Shown one piece after another: positions 1 to 13,732 of a stretch of DNA of 64,000 nt. The position numbers and the translations under genes were made by a program. The notes below the pieces were generated by a model. That model searched no databases and was not told the origin of the DNA. It saw only the letters and a list, made by a program, of their open reading frames with translations. The stretch comes from Haliotis cracherodii (lineage: Eukaryota): assembly GCF_022045235.1 (NCBI RefSeq), contig NW_027266286.1, forward strand, positions 19,840,001 to 19,904,000, read 5' to 3'. Every line of letters begins with the position of its first letter. Position 1 is the first letter of the stretch.

Positions 1-2178
1 CATTGTTCAACTCACTCAAATAGGACAAAGCAGTCCGCCAACCAGGTCACTGTGACTTGTTAATCACTATGGAAACACTGAAAGAAAAATCTGACCTGGG
101 AGAAGGAAAACGAAAGTACGAATGACGTAACCACATTTTGTGAAAATGCATCTGTTATGGAAATCGCTCTCGATGTAAAGACAAGCATTTCGGCAAATTG
201 TTTATTGTGTCTACTTTAAAGAGAGTTTTAAGAAATTATTGATGCTGGATAATACGCATAGGAAAGTATAACAACACGTATACAACTATACACGTTGTCA
301 AAATCCTTCACACGTATTAATACATCTGGGCCTGGAGCGTTAGCTCTGGGAAGATGTGCCCAGATAGGTACTTGTTTGGGTTTATGAGGTAAAGGGTTTT
401 ACATCCTATAGTTGAATTTTGAGTTAATACAAGAAATAAATTAAAATTGATTATAAATGTATGCCATGTCAACCTTATGAAGAATCTATGGGATGTCATT
501 CTGATGTGTCATCAATGTGTGACGTCCCGAACATTCTGATGGGTCATCAATGTGTGACGTCACGAACATGAATGACGTCATGTTTGATTTTTAAACATAT
601 TCTTCATAATGCCTCAGATGACAAATCAGCGTTTTAAATCATTCAAATGGAGATGTGCAAATATCGCTTACCTATTACACTCATGTTTTTCAACTTTTCT
701 TAGTGATACTACATACCACTAGCATTCTGCTTTGTGTTGACGATGTTCCAATTAGTTCATATCTGTAAGCTTTATATCATGTTATTTTCATTACGTATTA
801 AATGTTTGGGCATATTTGTGTTTATTTGAAGTGAGACCTGGTTCGCACAGAGCTTAATATAGATCAACTTTTTATAGCTCTGGTTTGCTGCCGTCGTGTA
901 TGTGTTTACCTGAGTGACAAATAGTATACATTAGGAGTTTTAAATTATTGCTTTTATTGGTACTCACAGTTTGTTAACGTTAGTTACTGTATATTTTGAG
1001 AAGGTATTAATTTGCTTTTGATAACACAAAACATAACAACAAGAAGGTACATTAAATCAAAGTTGTTAAGGGACAGGATCTCCTTCAGAACCGTTCAATG
1101 TCGGCATTTTCGAGCGACAGGGTTGGATTTTTTAAAATCATTTATTATGTAATCTCCCAATGACCTAATTCCAAATCCCTGCGAGATCCATTTTGAACAT
1201 TCCCAAGTCCATGTGGTTTAAAGGATTTACGTACGTTTCGGCCCACACTAACGATAGGCTGGATTTAAGGTAGAATACCATATCTCTTGGGGTGAATAAT
1301 GGGATCTACGACCATTGAATGGGTGCGTGTTGTGTTGGACCTACTGGTTAGTGTTAAGTACGGTCGGCCAAATGAATTATAGACAAGTTTTGATCGACCA
1401 ATAGCTGTTGGAAAACCTGAGCGAGGACGTTCTATTTATAATGCCAACACAGCGATCGACCTGTACTTGTTGAGGACAACGTGTGGCAAACACTTTATCA
1501 GATTTAGCCAGTTAAAAGGTACGCTGAAAGCTCACAGTTCACATACACGCCCATCACACGATTCCTATCCCACCGTTGATTGGTTAGTGTGTGGACATTG
1601 ACTTGTATGTGAAATCTATACCTGACGCCAACTCACGATGTCGACTGACGTGGATCTCTTACCCCAAACTGCGTTATCTGTTTGTGACACATTTCAGCTG
1701 TGCTCGCCTAGGAGGATAAATCCCGTAGTCATGAAATGTAGTCATCGTACAGTGTTTTCCATGGGATGTTTCTGACTAATATACAGAATAAGTTTACATT
1801 TTAACATATCAACAGTGTGACCTTGAACATAACATAACCTTCCTCAATGTCGTTTTCAAGAGATTGCCAGATGCTATCATTACAAACTCTTGAAAGTGGT
1901 TTGTCCGGAGACGAATTCCGAGAATATACCAATGTGTCACACCCGGATGTGGCGTAACGAATAATACCAGGAAGGATACCTCAGCCGCGTTGCACATGGG
2001 GATCGATACGGCTCAGCGGATTCTTCCTCCAAGGTAGGCAGGGTCGTCGTTAATACTTCAGGGGTTTGTATGTATTGCGTGTTGTGGCGTAACGACCTTT
2101 GTCTGTGTTAAGCAGCCAATGAAAAGAAGCCGTGCATGACTCAAGGAATTCGAACAGGCCCTGCAATGTGTGCCATGT

Positions 2179-2180
2179 AT

Positions 2181-2211
<31 letters not shown>

Positions 2212-2217
2212 GGGGGG
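2179..2217. repeat. (TG)n microsatellite followed by poly-G
   Basis: Read directly from the sequence. Confidence 0.9.
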
Positions 2218-5200
2218 TGCTAAGGTGTGTGAACTGATGGCTAGGTTGAACTAGTCTGTCTTAGAGACCCTGATACAAATATATATCTAATACAGCCCAT
2301 GCAAGTCTATAATGTCTAGATCACTGCAGGAGGCAGTATCTGAAAATGAAGAGAGTCACTGGGCTCCTTTTTATTATATTTTTATTAAGATCACTGAACA
2401 ACTGTTTTTTTATGTAAGATGTGTTCATTTCAGAGACTAGATGTTAGTCTAAGGTTGAACTTGGGTGAGAGTATATGTCCGTGTGGGAGGGGTGGGTGGG
2501 TTGCTGTATACATATGAAGAAATTATTAGTTATAATGTTTTATTTTTGTATTTTATTGATTGTATAATTTTAGGTTTCTTTTAGGCCAGTAATGGCCAGG
2601 TGTATTATGTAAGCATGTCACATTAATATACTATATTATTATTATCATTATTATTATTATTATTATTAATGTGCAAAACAGACTGCGATAGGTCTATGGC
2701 AAATGTTGTACGTGAAATGATGACTCTCGCTGGATCCAGACCATGTGTTAATTAAAATATATATTGTCGACTAATTGATTTGGGTAGCTCTTTATCATAG
2801 TATATAACATCATATACATTTATATGTTCATATATGCAATTATGTATCCTTTTGTTCTTATTCCAAACATATGTTTCATAAATGTTTATGTTTTTCATGT
2901 AAATACATATCTCCTTGTTACTTTGCATTGTGATGTTTATTTTGGAAATCAACGTAGTCGAGAGAGGATAACTTTCGCCCAACCCCATTGATAATTTCTG
3001 TCAATAAAATATGTTTTTGAACAAAAACATCTCTTGGTCAAAATGTATTCACTGGTGATGTAGGCACATACATGTAGCATGTGCAATGTCGTGGAGTATT
3101 GACGATGAACCCGAGTGAAAATAACATGTAATCTCTCTTTACAATGTCGTGTAACAATATAAGTTCTACAACCGTTTTTATGTGCAGCGAATTTCACGCT
3201 TCACACTCTTCTAGAGTACAAAATTACAAAAATTACTTCCTCACACCAAACCTTATTACCCTTCAAAAACACATAAATGGTAAACGTGTTGTGAATGATA
3301 CATTTATTGTCATAACCAACATTGCAAAATTATAAAAAATGGTGCAAAAACTACTCACTATTCACACTGTGATGAAAATTCAACCGGCAAATTGCCGTTT
3401 AGAAGAATAACGTAATTATGATAAACTATTATTCTTGAATATGAAAGCAAACAGGTAAATAAAACATCATTGCAACATAGTGTAATTTATTTGAAAACAA
3501 AGTTGGACGTGCCATTATTTCCTTTCATATAAATAATAAGTCGGATGTGTTTTCGATAATGATTAAATCAAGTGATTGCAGTTAGACGCAGAGTTATTTA
3601 CAAAAAGGGACAAAACCATTTCCATAATCATATTAAATACTTAATTTTAAATACCCGATAAGTCACTGGAAATATTTCAGTAAAATGAACATTGCGATGC
3701 AAAATGTTGTATAATTGTACTCTATTCAATATGTAACACTCGTGTAGAGATTTATGCACATTCAGTCAAAAGAGGAAAGGAAACTACAGCACGTTTATTT
3801 CATGACTATTCCAAAACACTGGTTGTCAGGGCCAAGATCGCCAAGTAGACTAACGAAACAACAAGGATAAGTTACATATTTTAAACGAAGACACTTGAAG
3901 TCTCAATGATGTTCCAACTCTAATTATATTTGGTAATTGTCAAATATGATAATTGTTAAGTATGATCATTCGAACAAATTTAGAAGTGTAATCACATCAA
4001 CTGAGAAATACATCCTGTAACATAATAAATTTCTCTACAACATCAAGTACAATTATTTTTTCTTGAATATTTTCATATTGGGCATGTGACAATACAATGC
4101 AATGATTTTTATTCAAATGTAACTATTACTATTCTGCAAAATCTAGAATAAACTATATTGGAGGAAAGGTAAGAAAAAAAGAACGACTGCATGCACACCC
4201 CAAGATACCAACGTGTCATTTACTTATATGTCTCTAATGTAGTTCTGATAATAACGCAGGTCACTGAGCAAGTTCCAAAAAAGAAGTCAAGGGTGCAAAT
4301 AAAGTTCTTAAACGTTACCATTTACGTGAAGAAGACGACAAATTGAAATGTATTTGGTTGTTTTATCTACATGCTATTGTTATAAAATTGTAACAAAAAA
4401 TAGTTTATATACAATAGAGACGAAGAAATGAAGTTGGGGACAAGGGCGGGAACGCTCTAATAATCAAGACATTTTCTAGCAATGCTTTTAAAATGGGTTA
4501 TTTTTCAGTTACACCGCGGCGTTTCAGTTTTATGGGGGTCGTTGATGTTTGCCATATTGGTGAAACCCATTAGTACGCGTTTGATACTGACAAACCAAAA
4601 TCATAATCAGGGCGAATATGGCCCGGGTTCGAACCCACAACCAGTTAAGCCTGGCGCGCATATGAGATTAAATTCTGTAAAAGGAATTTCGGCGCCTTTG
4701 ACGAATACACTCTTGTCCTATTTGGGGTTTAAAGAGATGGGAGTAACTGATTTCAATTGTGGGTGAAAAACGGTTGATAAATAAGTTTAACGCCTTTTAA
4801 AAGTATTTATCATATCCCGGCGTTGTATGATCACCAGAATTCGGGAGGAGTGTAAAAACATTGGACAGGTTGGAAATTCAAGAACCGAGCTTTGGTGTCG
4901 ACAGACCAAGCTTCCAATTTGGGTTGAATCAAGGATTCGAATCCACGAAAAGTGACAACTCGAGGTTAAGTAACGAGGCGCCTTGGTTTACTGGCAGCCC
5001 CATGTTCTCGATGCGATAAAAAGGATTCGACAGTCGCAGGGAATAATGCAAATAGAGCTGTAGCTTCCCTTGATGTTTCTGGAATGTTTTCTGTATTCTA
5101 TATTTATTGACGATTATAATGCATGGACAAAGAAGAATAAACAAAAACAAAAATAACAGATCAACAAAAAATAGATTTCATAAACATAGACCACAACAAT

Positions 5201-5635
5201 GCCAAAAATCAATATTCCCATATCTATCCTATGTTATTCCGCATACCATACACTAAGAAAAATTGGAAAATTAAGTAAATTTCATTTTCAATATGATTGC
5301 TATAGTTGCCAAATCGGGATCCCGTTGTTAATGTTATGCAAAGTTCAGTTCAATTGCTTTATGATTTCATATCGAAAATGTATGCGTTTTTGAGTGAGCT
5401 TACGCATCTGGTGAGTGTGTCATGTGACCTAGGTTTGTGACAACATGTGAAAACAACAGTTGTATTACACTTCCTTAAACAGTAGATTATACATGTGCAC
5501 GAAACAAACATGAATGTGGGGATCATTGATAGCTGACGGGCATCTTTATCCCTGGTCTCGGTTTAAGTGTCAATAAAACTAAATCTTTACTTTTAATTAT
5601 AAATATTTTTATTTAATGGACATGTTCACTGGCAT

Positions 5636-5770
5636 GAGTGAGTGAGTATGGTTTTACGCCGCTTTTAGCTATATTCGAGCAATATCACGGGCGACACCAG
5701 AAATGAGCTTCACACATTGTACCAGTTTAAGAAATCGAACGCGGGTATTCGGCGTCTACCCCGCGCCCTA
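5636..5770 (-). mobile_element. tRNA-derived SINE (family 1), partial
   Basis: GAGTGAGTGAGTATGGTTTTACGCCGCTTTTAGC...CTTCACACATTGTACC...ATCGAAC is the reverse complement of the copies at 32974 and 58910. Confidence 0.8.
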
Positions 5771-5818
5771 CCAGAATGAAGAAATTCAATTATTCTGTGC
5801 AAAGTATTTGTTTTGTAA

Positions 5819-6030
5819 GTTTGTTTGTTTGTTGTTTAACGCCGCACTCAGCAATGTTCCATCAAATTATCGAGTCTTGAACATAAAATCCAATAATTGA
5901 CATCATAAGTATCGTTCAACGCAATTGGGATACGATAACATGCATCAATCAAGTCACCGAGGATGACCACACGATCTCGTCAGTCGCCTCTTATACGTAT
6001 ACGAATTTCGGAATTCTCACCCGGATCTGT
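5819..6030 (-). repeat. Dispersed repeat (family 3, SINE-like)
   Basis: Shares CGCAATTGGGA(T/C)ACGAT...ATCAA(T/C)CAA and CCCGGATC with copies at 17385-17550, 29350-29530 and (inverted) 58119-58265; (TTTG)n tail. Confidence 0.6.
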
Positions 6031-6879
6031 GCAGAGTGAAAAGGTTTCATTCATTACCATGCCTACATACAACCTCCTTGTTATATCAAATGCGAAAGTT
6101 TCGAAACAAACAAGGAAATCAATGCATCTAGTGTGATGTCGACTTAAACATCTCCAGTGTAAACTAGAGTGAAACCCAAGTTGCAGTCAGTGGTAATCTT
6201 ACATGCACAGTTGATGTTTCAGGGCATGTAGTATTTGAGGCACAAAACCATAATAAACACGAAGTAATTACGAATGATGACCTTATTTTCAATGGGAGTA
6301 TTAGCCGGGTATTTAAAATAACAAATATCAGGAACATACATTTATTATGTATGTATCCCATATGCTCCTAACAGGTTATGACACCAGATTATGTCATATA
6401 ACTATTGTTAATGTGTCCTGCACTGACATATTAATAACTACAGTAATATGAAATGGCATGACATATTAACTATAGTAATAATCTAAACTGATGGACCGTG
6501 ATACTAATTTTAGAGTATTATGCTATCCATAATGTGATAATGGTCATGGTGGAATTTAATCATATTTATCTGAGGGTTTTCTGTTGTATTTAGCATATAT
6601 GCTTCTTATCAAAAACCAAGATGGCATAGATAGTACAATGGAATATGTAACTTCCTTGTACGTAACTATACATCGGTCACCAATTGGCATCATGCCAAGC
6701 CCTAGCTATATTTTTCATCAGCACATATATTGTCATGTCGTTTACATATAAAAATACTTCTCACGTAATCGACAACGTACTCATGAATTTGTAAAGTAAA
6801 CAAGAAAAAAAACACACTTATAATGTATTTCATTGTGAAACGTAAGTAATATTAGTTGCTTTTAGAAAGCTATTAGTTA

Positions 6880-8408
6880 TTAACAACATTTTCCCCGGAC
6901 TGTTCCCTGGATGTGTGTCCTACAGACTGGACAACGTTCTAGAGCTGGGGCGCACATGGAACAGGCCACCAGATGTCCACAGGGAAGGAAGACGATGTTG
7001 GCAGGGTCCTCCAGACAGATCTTACACAAGCTCGACTCTTTCAGCTGCTGCATCACTTCCACAGGGCTTACTGCAAAAAGAACACATATATCACCTCACT
7101 GTTAGGCCATGTCTCTTCAGATGAATTTGGTATTTACCAGAAACATAAACATTAAGGGAAAAGGCGGCAATAAGTGGTGCACTTGTGCCAAATCCCTTTG
7201 TCTTTTTGGAAAATAAAATATGTTTAATACATAAACATTCAAAAAGGATATGTTCTCGTTGACTCTGACTCGTTTCTCTGAAAACAACAAGTGTTGCAAG
7301 GAGAGTATGAGCCAGATGAGCTCACAGGCGGAGGAGCCGGCATCAGGATAGATTCATGCATGATTATTAGCCTTTCTATACATTCAACCACCAATGCTTA
7401 AGGATATATACATCATACACGTGTTACAATCGACTCTCCTGTTTGTGCCTCTCACACAGACAATGTCGCCATCGATAATTCGCATATATATATTACTTAT
7501 ATCCAAGTACATGTCATAAAGTAACTTGTTGGCTTTAGTAGTTGAATTACAGTTTTATTTATCCTATAAAAATGCAAAGAGATGCATAACAGCAATGTCA
7601 TCATTCTGTACATACCTTCTGCTTTCGGGATTTGTTGCGGAGCCTGGCGTCTCTCCGTCGAAGCCAGTTCAAACGAAGCCAGTCTATCAGGTTCTGTGGT
7701 GTGATCAGTTACTCTATGGTTAGTGTCGGCCGTTGGACGGGGATCAGTAAGTTGTGGCTGACTCACGGGTGAATGAAGATCGATATCTGTAGTAATAGGT
7801 GGGTATCTAGAACGGGTACTTATAATACTCAACTCCGAAGGCAAGGGGCTGTCACGAAAAGTAACATTTCCACAAGGTAAACCATTCCTGTGTCGACACC
7901 CAGTTTTATGACGTTGAGTGGCGTGCATCCCGTTCCTAATGCCGCAGCTGAAGCATCTAACCTCTCTACCACCATCTGTAGAATAGAACCCGGCAGCCGC
8001 CAGCTGTATGGGGGATACATTTGCTGTGTCTACGGCGTGGAAAGATTTCAATCTCAGCGCTTCATAGACCATGATTTCCTCCAGAGGTACGCCACGTCTA
8101 GCCATTAGTTCTTCGAAATTCCCTCTTAATGATATCGATGGATATACCCAGGCAGTAATATGTGGAAATGCGTTTAGCTTTGGTGTAAAGTACCAATTCG
8201 ACGGCGCCATATTTTTATGCGATTTATTACAATACCATGACGGATCGTTTAATGCCATGATATATAAAATAGTGTCAGTCAAGCGTCCACCACTGACTTT
8301 CTTTACGATAATATTTCCATATTTCAACTTGAAGAAATATTTTCTTTTTGGCGCTGTTATGTATCGGATATAAATATTCAATATCCATTTATCCATTATG
8401 TTCCTCAT
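6880..8408 (-). CDS. IAP-1: type-A IAP-like gene, variant BIR + RING (2 coding exons: 8408-7616, 7070-6880); may be a rearranged or degenerate copy
   Basis: Exon 1 has YEALRLKSF...LAAAGFY...RCFSCG..HKTGC. Acceptor TTGCAG lies before 8417 and the first ATG is at 8408. The phase-1 donor G|GTATGT at 7616 joins in frame to acceptor TTTTTGCAG|TA at 7070, giving the RING CKICLEDPANIVFLPCGHLVACSMCAPALERCPVCR and a TAA at 6880-6882. Only a remnant of a second BIR survives (DRLASF). Confidence 0.75.
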
Positions 8409-9341
8409 CGTGGGTTCCTGCAAGAGTAAAAATAACTCTTTTAGCAAGAATTTTTGAAGGTATATGCCGACAATTTAATTCAGCTTGATGGTCATGTTGT
8501 AAATATTAATTGTCAACACCAGAAAATAACTACCCTTAAGAATAACTAAACCGTCACATAAGATATAGGCATGTGTAGGGAGAAAACATTTTCTCGTAGG
8601 ATGGCGGACAAATTAGTTCTCCCACAACTGTTTCAATATTTATTACCGACCGAGAGTAATATATTGTTAAACCCTGTTAATCCGGTAGTTTTCCCCTTGA
8701 AATGATCCTGATAAACGAAGCATGGGTTCCGAGTAAAAGCTTTTTGTTCACATATTATATTTCCAGGAGTCATCGTCCGAGTTTCAGATTATCGGGTCCC
8801 AAACTAACTAGATGTCACTTTTCGTTAAATCAACCACATACTAATCGGAATGTGTAAATGTGGCAAAGTATTGATTTTTTATCAGTAATGTTATCTGAAG
8901 ATGGTAAATAAAGCTATCATTAAATCTCAAAAATACATTTTACGTCGTCAGAGTTAAACAAACGAAAACCTTTATCCAGTGTACAAGCAAAACGGACCAG
9001 TTACGTTTCAGCAACAATGCAACACAAAACATCTTAAACGGTTCGTTTCATCTTGTAAGTTCGAAAAAAGGACAGACAACAGTAAACAATCCACAGTCGC
9101 GAAGCTCCATATAACAGTCAAGCGTCTGTTGATATATGAGTCATCAAATATTTACGAAAATTTGTGTGACAAAACGGAGGAACTATTCCCACAAAATAGA
9201 ACTCAAAATCTTTAATCTGGGCGTTTATATCCTATTTCAGGTGAACAGTAAACGGATCGCCAGAAAAAAGTATTTACTGAAGTACCATAAATGTCTGTTT
9301 AGATGCAGTTCAATCCAGTGCACCCATACATTATGGCATAC

Positions 9342-9620
9342 CTGACCAGCCGGCATATGGAGAAACCTTTCCTTCGAAAGTCAGCTCCCAAATGACGCAG
9401 TCGGGCAACAAGTACTCCCTGTCATGTCGCGCACGCGCATGCGTACCTGTACGTGTTTCTAGGGTTTTTCCGATAGTGTCTATATTAAGAAGGGGAAAAC
9501 CCTTGGATGGGGTTTTTAAAGATCAATTGATATTTGTTCACTTGTTGTGGTTATCAACTGCAGTGAACAGCTCTACACAATACACCGATCCAGTCCCGAC
9601 CGATAAGCCCCGCCCACAAG
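9342..9620. promoter_or_regulatory. Putative divergent promoter between IAP-1 (-) and IAP-2 (+)
   Basis: Locally CpG-rich. NRF1-like CGCGCATGCGT at ~9434-9444, Rel/kB-like GGGTTTTTCC at 9462-9471 and GGGGAAAACCC at 9492-9502, minus-strand donor CAG|GTATGC at ~9341. Confidence 0.35.
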
Positions 9621-12600
9621 CTGCCGTCCTCGTTGAATTTGGCTTAGAATGCTTTGTTACCAGTCGTGTGTCAAAAATATCTAAAGAGAGTTATATATGA
9701 TCTGTTTTGGGTTCAGTTTTAGTTGTCAACTTGCATATCGGAACTGAGAATGAGTCATATGTCCGATGTAATGGTGTATCGGTCAATGAGGTCACCATGG
9801 CTGAAAGTTAGAAGCGTGCATTACTTCGAAGCACTCATGTCAGACAGAGCATAATATCTTGTCAATTTACAGCATGTCAATAATACATTATTCATCCAAG
9901 GGCGGGGTAACTAAATTTTGATTTTTTACTTTCCATCGTAATTTAAGTACTAGTATATGGAATGTACTGGAAACCGTAAACACAAGAACAAGTTACAAAT
10001 CATGTGGATTTTTTGTCTGCTCTAAGTAAAACCAATTTAACCTGAAAGGCATAGAGTTAGTTGGTCTTTTTAATGTAACAACATAAAAGAAGAATTGATA
10101 AAATCAAAGCAGTACATTATTTTTCCCCCACTGCTACATTAGTCTTTATTATATAATAAATGCATCATAACATATATTATATTTGGGCATCTGGAACATG
10201 GGGTTGGGCATATCACCAGGGATAAATCTAGCCCTGCTCAGAGACTGATATTCATCCCCAAATCTGTAGCAGATGTCAGTAAACTGTCTCTCTTCAAAAG
10301 TTTTTACATATCTATGCCATCCTAAAATAATGCAGAATGTAAGGAAATATTATTAGTTTTTTCCCCAATTGTCAAGGGCACTTAGTTTGGAATTCTAAAT
10401 TTAGATAAAAATCCCTGGTTACACTTCCAGAATATAAGACTTAATAAATTACCAGTATTTAGGTACCTGGATGTGAGAACAGTTGAAAACATTGACAGGA
10501 TCCAAAATAAAATGAGCACCTGTAACTGCCATGGTTATTTCTAATCAATCGGATCTATGTTCCAAAAAAAGGAAACCTACGATTGTAAAAGTATCTGATG
10601 ACAGGGTCTGCAGTACTTCCCATCAATTTCGTCACGGTATGGCTGAAATACTGCCGATGTGACGTTAAATCTTAACTCACTCACTCACTCACTTCCCATC
10701 AAGTAACTTGCATTGATAAACTATAAAACACAAATTAAAATTCATATATGATGTTTTATTCAAAAGACTTGTCATGAATCGAAGATTTATTACTGTTAAC
10801 AACTAAACATGTAAATGAAGTACAACAAATATCTCATAAGGAAGAGAATATATGGATGTCAACTTCTTAATTATGAGGAACACCACTATCCTTAAATTCT
10901 CTTCCTTATGTGTTGCACTTCTAAATGGCATCCAAAGAATTAAATATGTCATAAGTTCAAAGCTTTAATCAACAAAATGACATCATGACATCATGTGCGT
11001 AAGAAGAAATAATTCTTTTATTGTTCCAGAAACAACATGCCTATAGGACATAACACTAAACAATATATATTTCATTTTACAAATCACATGTTAAGTGACA
11101 AGTATTACTTATGCATGAAACAACATACATTTAATTGCAAATATCAGATAGCTGGACACCTGGAGTGAACATGGCGTTTTCCTTAAATAATAAAAATACA
11201 CACAAACGGGGATTCAGACCAGTTCCTTTTCTAGTTTACTGATTGATTGTCATCCATAATGTCCTAAAGTTGTTCTAAAAAACTCGTGAAACAGCAAAAT
11301 CACTGTGAAGTAAATATAAAGTTCATTCTAAACACAATCCTAACCAAAACTTGAACAATATGTAAATAACCAACATGCTTAATAAACACTATAGCAGCTC
11401 TTGCTCAATTATCAAATATTGACAATCTCCCCACATCAAGGTAAAGAATTACAGTTTGGGTTACATACATTTCAGAATTCACAGTTATATATGAAATGTA
11501 TTAAGAATTATTATGTATTCTGTATCGGAATTGATCAGGCACTGGTTAAATCCTGATCAGGGTGTGACAAAGAGATAGTGTCTTAGTTTTTACAAATCAT
11601 GTGTATCTTGAAATAAGTATCATGCGTTATGATACTGGTAATCACTTTCAAAACTATCTTTTTTTAAATTATATTCTTTCCTATAGAAAGAGCCAACAAG
11701 TTAAGTTTTATACCAGGTGGATGTTGTGCCATCAAACATTTAGTGTTTGTTAGCGCAATTAAATTATATTAATCTTACTTTTATACGGCATTAGTGAAAT
11801 AACTGGTTGGAATAATTATTAATAACTTCCTCAGATTATATTTATATCATTACTTGACCATGTTACTCTGAGTTCATAAAAAACTTGCTGTTATTTCCAG
11901 TAAATTAATTAAAATGCCTCGACAATCATAATCGTTTCTAACAGTTATATTGTTTCACTAAAATGTTTATCAGGAACCTTCCACTAGATTCTGCCAGTGA
12001 ATAACCTATGTTGCAAACAATTTTCTGATATCAACTAATTTTTTTATTTCAATCTGTCAAAATATTTCAGTAATTAACTTCCTTCTCACGAAATTTTCCT
12101 CTTCTTTCTAACCCTGAAAGATTATTCCATTTCACCATAATAGGATAACTGCATGGGTCCTATCTCTTCATAGAAATGCTGTAATAGTTAAAGCATGATT
12201 TAATAGGGACCTTATATGAATCAAATTGAAAGATTTTGTGGAACGAAAACCATTGACAAAGAATATAATTCTTTGCCTAAAGATTTATTACTGCTAGAGT
12301 GATTTGCAATATTATGCTCCAGTAATTTGTAATATCAATAGATAGGCTTATTGTGATTTTGAAACTAAATCATACCTAAAAGTCTGTAACAAAATAAATG
12401 ATATCTGAGAGAGAGGAATACAATTTCCACTAGATTATACTTCAATGTAAATAATAGTAGATTTCGTTCTGCACTAACCGAAATCAGATCACTGGCATAT
12501 TTGTTTACAGTGTGTCACGGACGTCTCGCCTGTTATTGTTTATATGAGAACTCGGTGTTGTTTACGTGTGCTATGTATATATAGGGCACTAGTTTACTTT

Positions 12601-13732
12601 CCTAACAACAGAAATATTAGGTTAACATCAAGTGTGTTGGACCCAGTGAAAATACCCAGGTAACTTGGAGTTGAAGTGCAAAACAACCAAATAAATTGTT
12701 GACTTCATTCAACTGATTTAAAAATGCCGATAAACAGATGGATATTGCAAGACGACTCAAATTTTTACATTACAAGTTAAACAAAATGTATACGTCGATA
12801 ACCCAAGGGACTACAACAGTTAATTTAACTGAATGTATTTTGCCTTCAGTGGCTATCTACAGCTTGTTGCTGGTCCGTATTTAAAATGTTTTATTTATTT
12901 CTCTTGATAGTTTCCATCTCGAGTGACGATATTTTATTATCTAAAAATACAGAGACTCCCCCAATACAAGGTAACCTGGGTCAGTGGGGTAGCCGGGGTT
13001 AAAGCGTAAGTTTGTCACGTGAAAGTCTCCCTCACTCACTGTTTTGGAGATCTGCGACCTTTGGTAATTAGAAGTATTTTTCCAAGTAAGTGTTTAAATA
13101 TAATACATTATACGTCTTATGCGCCTTAAGGTGTAAGGCCCATGATCTTTCGATAGCTATTTGCAAGCAAGATTGTAAACGGCTCTATCACCTTACTATT
13201 TCTAATGTCAGCACTGTATCGACGTATCTCGGCGATGGCGGTAACACAGGCGAGCAATCAGGAAGCTAAACTAGCTCCACATTGAAAGCTGGTTTGACGA
13301 CCCTGTAATATTTACAGAGACATTGGCAGACACACCAGCGCTATGTATTATTACCTACCAGTGATTGGTAGATATATTTAGCAATGATGTGTCAGTGGCG
13401 TGTGTATTTATATAGACATATAACGCCAGCTATTCGCGAATGAATTTTGAGAAATTGATTAATTTTCTGTAGGAGGCAGGTTAGTCACATTGCATATAAA
13501 CGTATCAGTTACCCTGTAAGTGAAAAGCTATATACAAAGATGTAGTCATGACAATTCATTTATGATTTTTAATATTGTATGCATCGTGTATATTGGTGGT
13601 GTGTGTCATTCACGGAGTAATATTATGTGTAAGTCTTTTACATGTAAAAGATTAACTTTCTTGTAATTCTTTGTAAATATTGTCTGACAATGTCATATTT
13701 ACTGTCATCAATATTGATTTCCAGGGTTGGAC

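Noticed and set aside
1-6800. Short ORFs in the first 6.8 kb and the 35-bp tandem duplication at ~500-570
   Set aside because: No recognisable domains or consistent splice structure; probably decayed repeats.
6911-7155. Recurrent antisense ORFs such as CVLQTGQRSRAG...TRCPQGRKTMLAG (also 18841, 19907, 27543, 40329)
   Set aside because: They are shadows of the near-identical RING exons on the opposite strand.
10350-12420. AT-rich region that may be an ancient LINE
   Set aside because: Only vague motif hints (e.g. LFA, RYL); no ordered set of RT motifs could be read.
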